Of a stretch of DNA of 64,000 nt, positions 61,536-64,000 are shown in pieces. Both the position numbers and the translations under genes were made by a program. Origin of the DNA: Granulicella sp. GTDB lineage: Bacteria > Acidobacteriota > Terriglobia > Terriglobales > Acidobacteriaceae. The notes under the pieces were generated by a model. It was given only the letters and a program-made list of their open reading frames with translations, had not been told where the DNA came from and ran no database searches. The stretch's first letter is position 1. Every line of letters begins with the position of its first letter. The stretch is taken from contig DAHWNL010000036.1 in the NCBI GenBank assembly GCA_027339965.1, positions 59,691 through 123,690 on the forward strand. The letters run 5' to 3'.

Positions 61536-61904
61536 GGTGTTCTGTTTAGCCATTCGTGGTCTGGGTGGGGCCAGCCTTGCTGAAGGTTCTGAAGGGGAAG
61601 GCCATGCGCTGATCGTTACGCGGCACCTCGAAGCGAATCCTACAGGTGAGAGCGGCGAGAAGCGACCGAGGGATCTCCCCGCGTTTGCAGGCCGGAGCCT
61701 TGGCGCCCAGCCGGGTCTGTTGTGTGCATCGTGTGGCTGTGCGACCGCGGATTCCTGGGAGTTGTGGCGCTGGACTGGCCAGCCACGCGGGTTCCTATGG
61801 GCGCCGCGAAGGTGGGGTTTCCGGGGGTAGGAAAGAAGGAGTTTGAAGTCACGCTCCTGTTCTGGCTTGCGTCGACGGTGGAAAACGCGGCCATATTCGT
61901 GACG

Positions 61905-61971
61905 ATTAACACTCTATTCATCGTCTGTTCTTAATCGCCTCACATTGGACTGCAAGCATTGTTAACGTTTA
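61905..61971 (+). promoter_or_regulatory. Candidate Pho-box-like 11-bp direct repeats
   Basis: ATTAACACTCT/ATTCATCGTCT/GTTCTTAATCG/CCTCACATTGG in 11-bp register, with a further GTTAAC at 61961, in an AT-rich patch before the porin gene. Confidence 0.4.
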
Positions 61972-62043
61972 GACAAGGTTGGCAAGGCTGCGGGCCCAGG
62001 TCTTCGGGAGTCCTACCGCCTTAGCCAAAGTCCGCGAGAGACG

Positions 62044-63888
62044 ATGCGACCAGAGAGAGTGCTGCGTGCTGTTCTAGTGGTGACGATGATGTTGGGAACC
62101 CAGATCCAGATGCGGGGCCAAACGGCCGATACAGCGCCTCCCCAAGAGAATGACGCACAGGTGAAGCATCCGCAAGAGACGCCGGAAGGGATTCAGTTGC
62201 GCGGGATGCGCGAGGAGATGCAATCCCTGCAGAAGCAGCTCGATGAGCTGAAACAGCAGCTCCATGCGAAGAGCGGAGAGGCGACTTCTGCCCAGCAGAC
62301 GAAGCAGGCGGCGGAGGGGGCCAGCGCAAAGGTAACCGCAGTCTCCGGCAGCATCGATCGGCTGCAGAGCACGCAGGCCGGCGTGAGCCAGAACGTGGTG
62401 CTGACCGACCAGAAGCTCCGGCAAGAGACCGAATCGCCTGACGCCCTACACTACAAAGGCGTGTCGATCACTCCGGGTGGTTTTGCCGCGTTTGAAGGGG
62501 TGTGGCGGCAGCACTCGGAGAACTCAGGCATCAATTCGGCGTTCAATGCCATTCCGCTGCCAAGCGCGAATCAAGGGCACGTGAGCGAGCTGAACTTCTC
62601 TGCCCGTCAGAGCCGGCTCTCCATGTTGGTGACAGGCGATGCCGGCAGTTACCAGCTCACCGGCTACTACGAGATGGATTGGTTGGGTACCGGCGTCACG
62701 TCAAATAACAATGAGACCAACAGCTATGTGCTGCGTCAGCGGCAGATCTGGGGGCAGAGCGCTCTGCCGAGCGGCTTTACGATAACCGGCGGCCAGATGT
62801 GGTCATTGGTTACGGAAGACCGCAAGGGGACGGATGCGCGGACGGAGATTACGCCGGAGACGATCGATGCCCAGTACCTGGTTGGGTTTTCATGGACCCG
62901 TCAGCCTGGGTTTCGTGTGCAACAGCGCTGGGGTAACTACCAGACGGGAGCATTCACCATTGCAGGCTCTGCCGAGCAGGCGCAGATTACGAACTTCACG
63001 GCCTCCGGCGATATCCCAACCCAGTTCTTTTTTGGCGGTATTGGCAACGCCGGCGGCCTCTACAATGCGGCTCAGGCGGTGGGTGCGGGGAACACGGCGG
63101 GAAACAGCGCCATCACCACCTACGCCAACAACCTGGCTCCGGATGTGATTGTGAAGGCCGCGTTCGATAAGCCGTGGATTCACGCAGAGTTCGGCGGCAT
63201 CGGCCGATTTATGCGCAACGAGTTCTTCCCAGCGACGCCTGGAACGACGGTGGATACGTATACCTACGGCACGAAGCTGGAGAGCAACACGGCTGCCGCA
63301 GGCGGTGTGTTTGGCGCCATTCGGGTGTACCCGAGCAGGAACCTGGAGGTTGGGATCCAGGGGATGGGCGGGACAGGGTTGGGGCGTTATGGCGCTTCTC
63401 AACTCGCCGATGCGACGTTGAAGCCGGATGAAACGCTGGAGCCGATCCGGAACTATCGCGGCATGTTCAGCCTGGTAGAACATCCCACGAAGAAGCTGGA
63501 GGTGTTTGCGTACTACGGCGGTGAGTACGACCAGCGCACGGTGTACCCGGTGACGTTTGGAAACACTACGGAGTTGATCGGTTACGGCCCGGATACTCTG
63601 AATGACACGGGTTGCTACAACCTGCCCAGCAGCATCCCGACGGCCGGCACGGGCGGATCGATCCTGGCGAGCAATTGCGCCTCACCCACAAGGTATATTC
63701 AGGAACCGATGGCTGGGTTTATCTATCGCATGTATGACAACCCCAGCAAGGGCCGGCTGCAGTACTGGGTTACCTACAGCTATCTTCAGCGGAATCTGTG
63801 GTCCGGCATCGGCTCTTCCACCACCCCGACTGGGCCGCGCGCGACTGATCCGATGATCGACGTCAGCATGCGCTACTACATCCCCTAG
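62044..63888 (+). CDS. Outer-membrane porin-like protein with an N-terminal coiled coil (DcaP-like architecture)
   Basis: Signal peptide, coiled coil LQKQLDELKQQL, ARQSRLS, GYYEMDW, LRQRQIW, TGGQMWS, and a C-terminal beta strand MRYYIP. Confidence 0.75.
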   Translation: MRPERVLRAVLVVTMMLGTQIQMRGQTADTAPPQENDAQVKHPQETPEGIQLRGMREEMQSLQKQLDELKQQLHAKSGEATSAQQTKQAAEGASAKVTAVSGSIDRLQSTQAGVSQNVVLTDQKLRQETESPDALHYKGVSITPGGFAAFEGVWRQHSENSGINSAFNAIPLPSANQGHVSELNFSARQSRLSMLVTGDAGSYQLTGYYEMDWLGTGVTSNNNETNSYVLRQRQIWGQSALPSGFTITGGQMWSLVTEDRKGTDARTEITPETIDAQYLVGFSWTRQPGFRVQQRWGNYQTGAFTIAGSAEQAQITNFTASGDIPTQFFFGGIGNAGGLYNAAQAVGAGNTAGNSAITTYANNLAPDVIVKAAFDKPWIHAEFGGIGRFMRNEFFPATPGTTVDTYTYGTKLESNTAAAGGVFGAIRVYPSRNLEVGIQGMGGTGLGRYGASQLADATLKPDETLEPIRNYRGMFSLVEHPTKKLEVFAYYGGEYDQRTVYPVTFGNTTELIGYGPDTLNDTGCYNLPSSIPTAGTGGSILASNCASPTRYIQEPMAGFIYRMYDNPSKGRLQYWVTYSYLQRNLWSGIGSSTTPTGPRATDPMIDVSMRYYIP

Positions 63889-63897
63889 GGCATGAAG

Positions 63898-63937
63898 GAG
63901 CCATGGGGGCGGCGAGGATCTTCGCCCTCCATGGCTC
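63898..63937 (+). terminator. Stem-loop after the porin gene (terminator or mRNA-stabilising hairpin)
   Basis: GAGCCATGG...CCATGGCTC with an inner GGCGA/TCGCC pairing; no clear U-tract. Confidence 0.5.
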
Positions 63938-64000
63938 GTAGGACGACGATTTCAGCGGTGGTCTGCCGGAAGGATCAACAAGCTTTCAGGAAGGGCCAGA

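Overview
A high-GC bacterial chromosome segment. The gene repertoire and gene pairs suggest an Acidobacteriaceae-like organism; this is an inference, not a taxonomic search. Contents from left to right: iscA/erpA; a pilC-pilB-pilM-pilN-pilO-pilP-like-pseudopilin (type IV pilus/T2SS-like) operon with no secretin in the window; an M24 peptidase; lacI-DUF503-rbfA-nrnA-ArnT-like-GNAT; a multiply broken esterase pseudogene; guaB; a DrrAB-like ABC exporter; a marR-ClC operon with a palindromic operator; a YqgE-domain protein; a GH3 remnant; an ABC ATPase with an ABC-2/M1-aminopeptidase fusion; a lipoprotein; a Gfo/Idh/MocA oxidoreductase; fdx; an ECF sigma/anti-sigma/PDZ cassette; RNase HI; TolC; a Dph6-like ATPase; an apparently catalytically dead exported GH13 protein; htrA; and alaC. 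Then comes an accessory three-gene locus next to tRNA-Pro(GGG): an Ig-stalked lipoprotein with a Cys-rich beta-helix domain, a cryptic GT-A-like protein, and a free secreted paralogue of the same beta-helix domain. The window ends with yggX, ligA, phoB-like and phoR-like genes separated by a decayed FkbM gene, and a porin-like gene with candidate Pho boxes. The main candidates for something undescribed are the beta-helix/GT locus, a ~110-bp inverted-repeat element present twice, the dead GH13, a GCAAATCCG-N9-CRTCTAA motif shared by pilC and htrA, and a ClC with non-canonical selectivity motifs. All assignments come from recognising motifs by eye; no database search was run.
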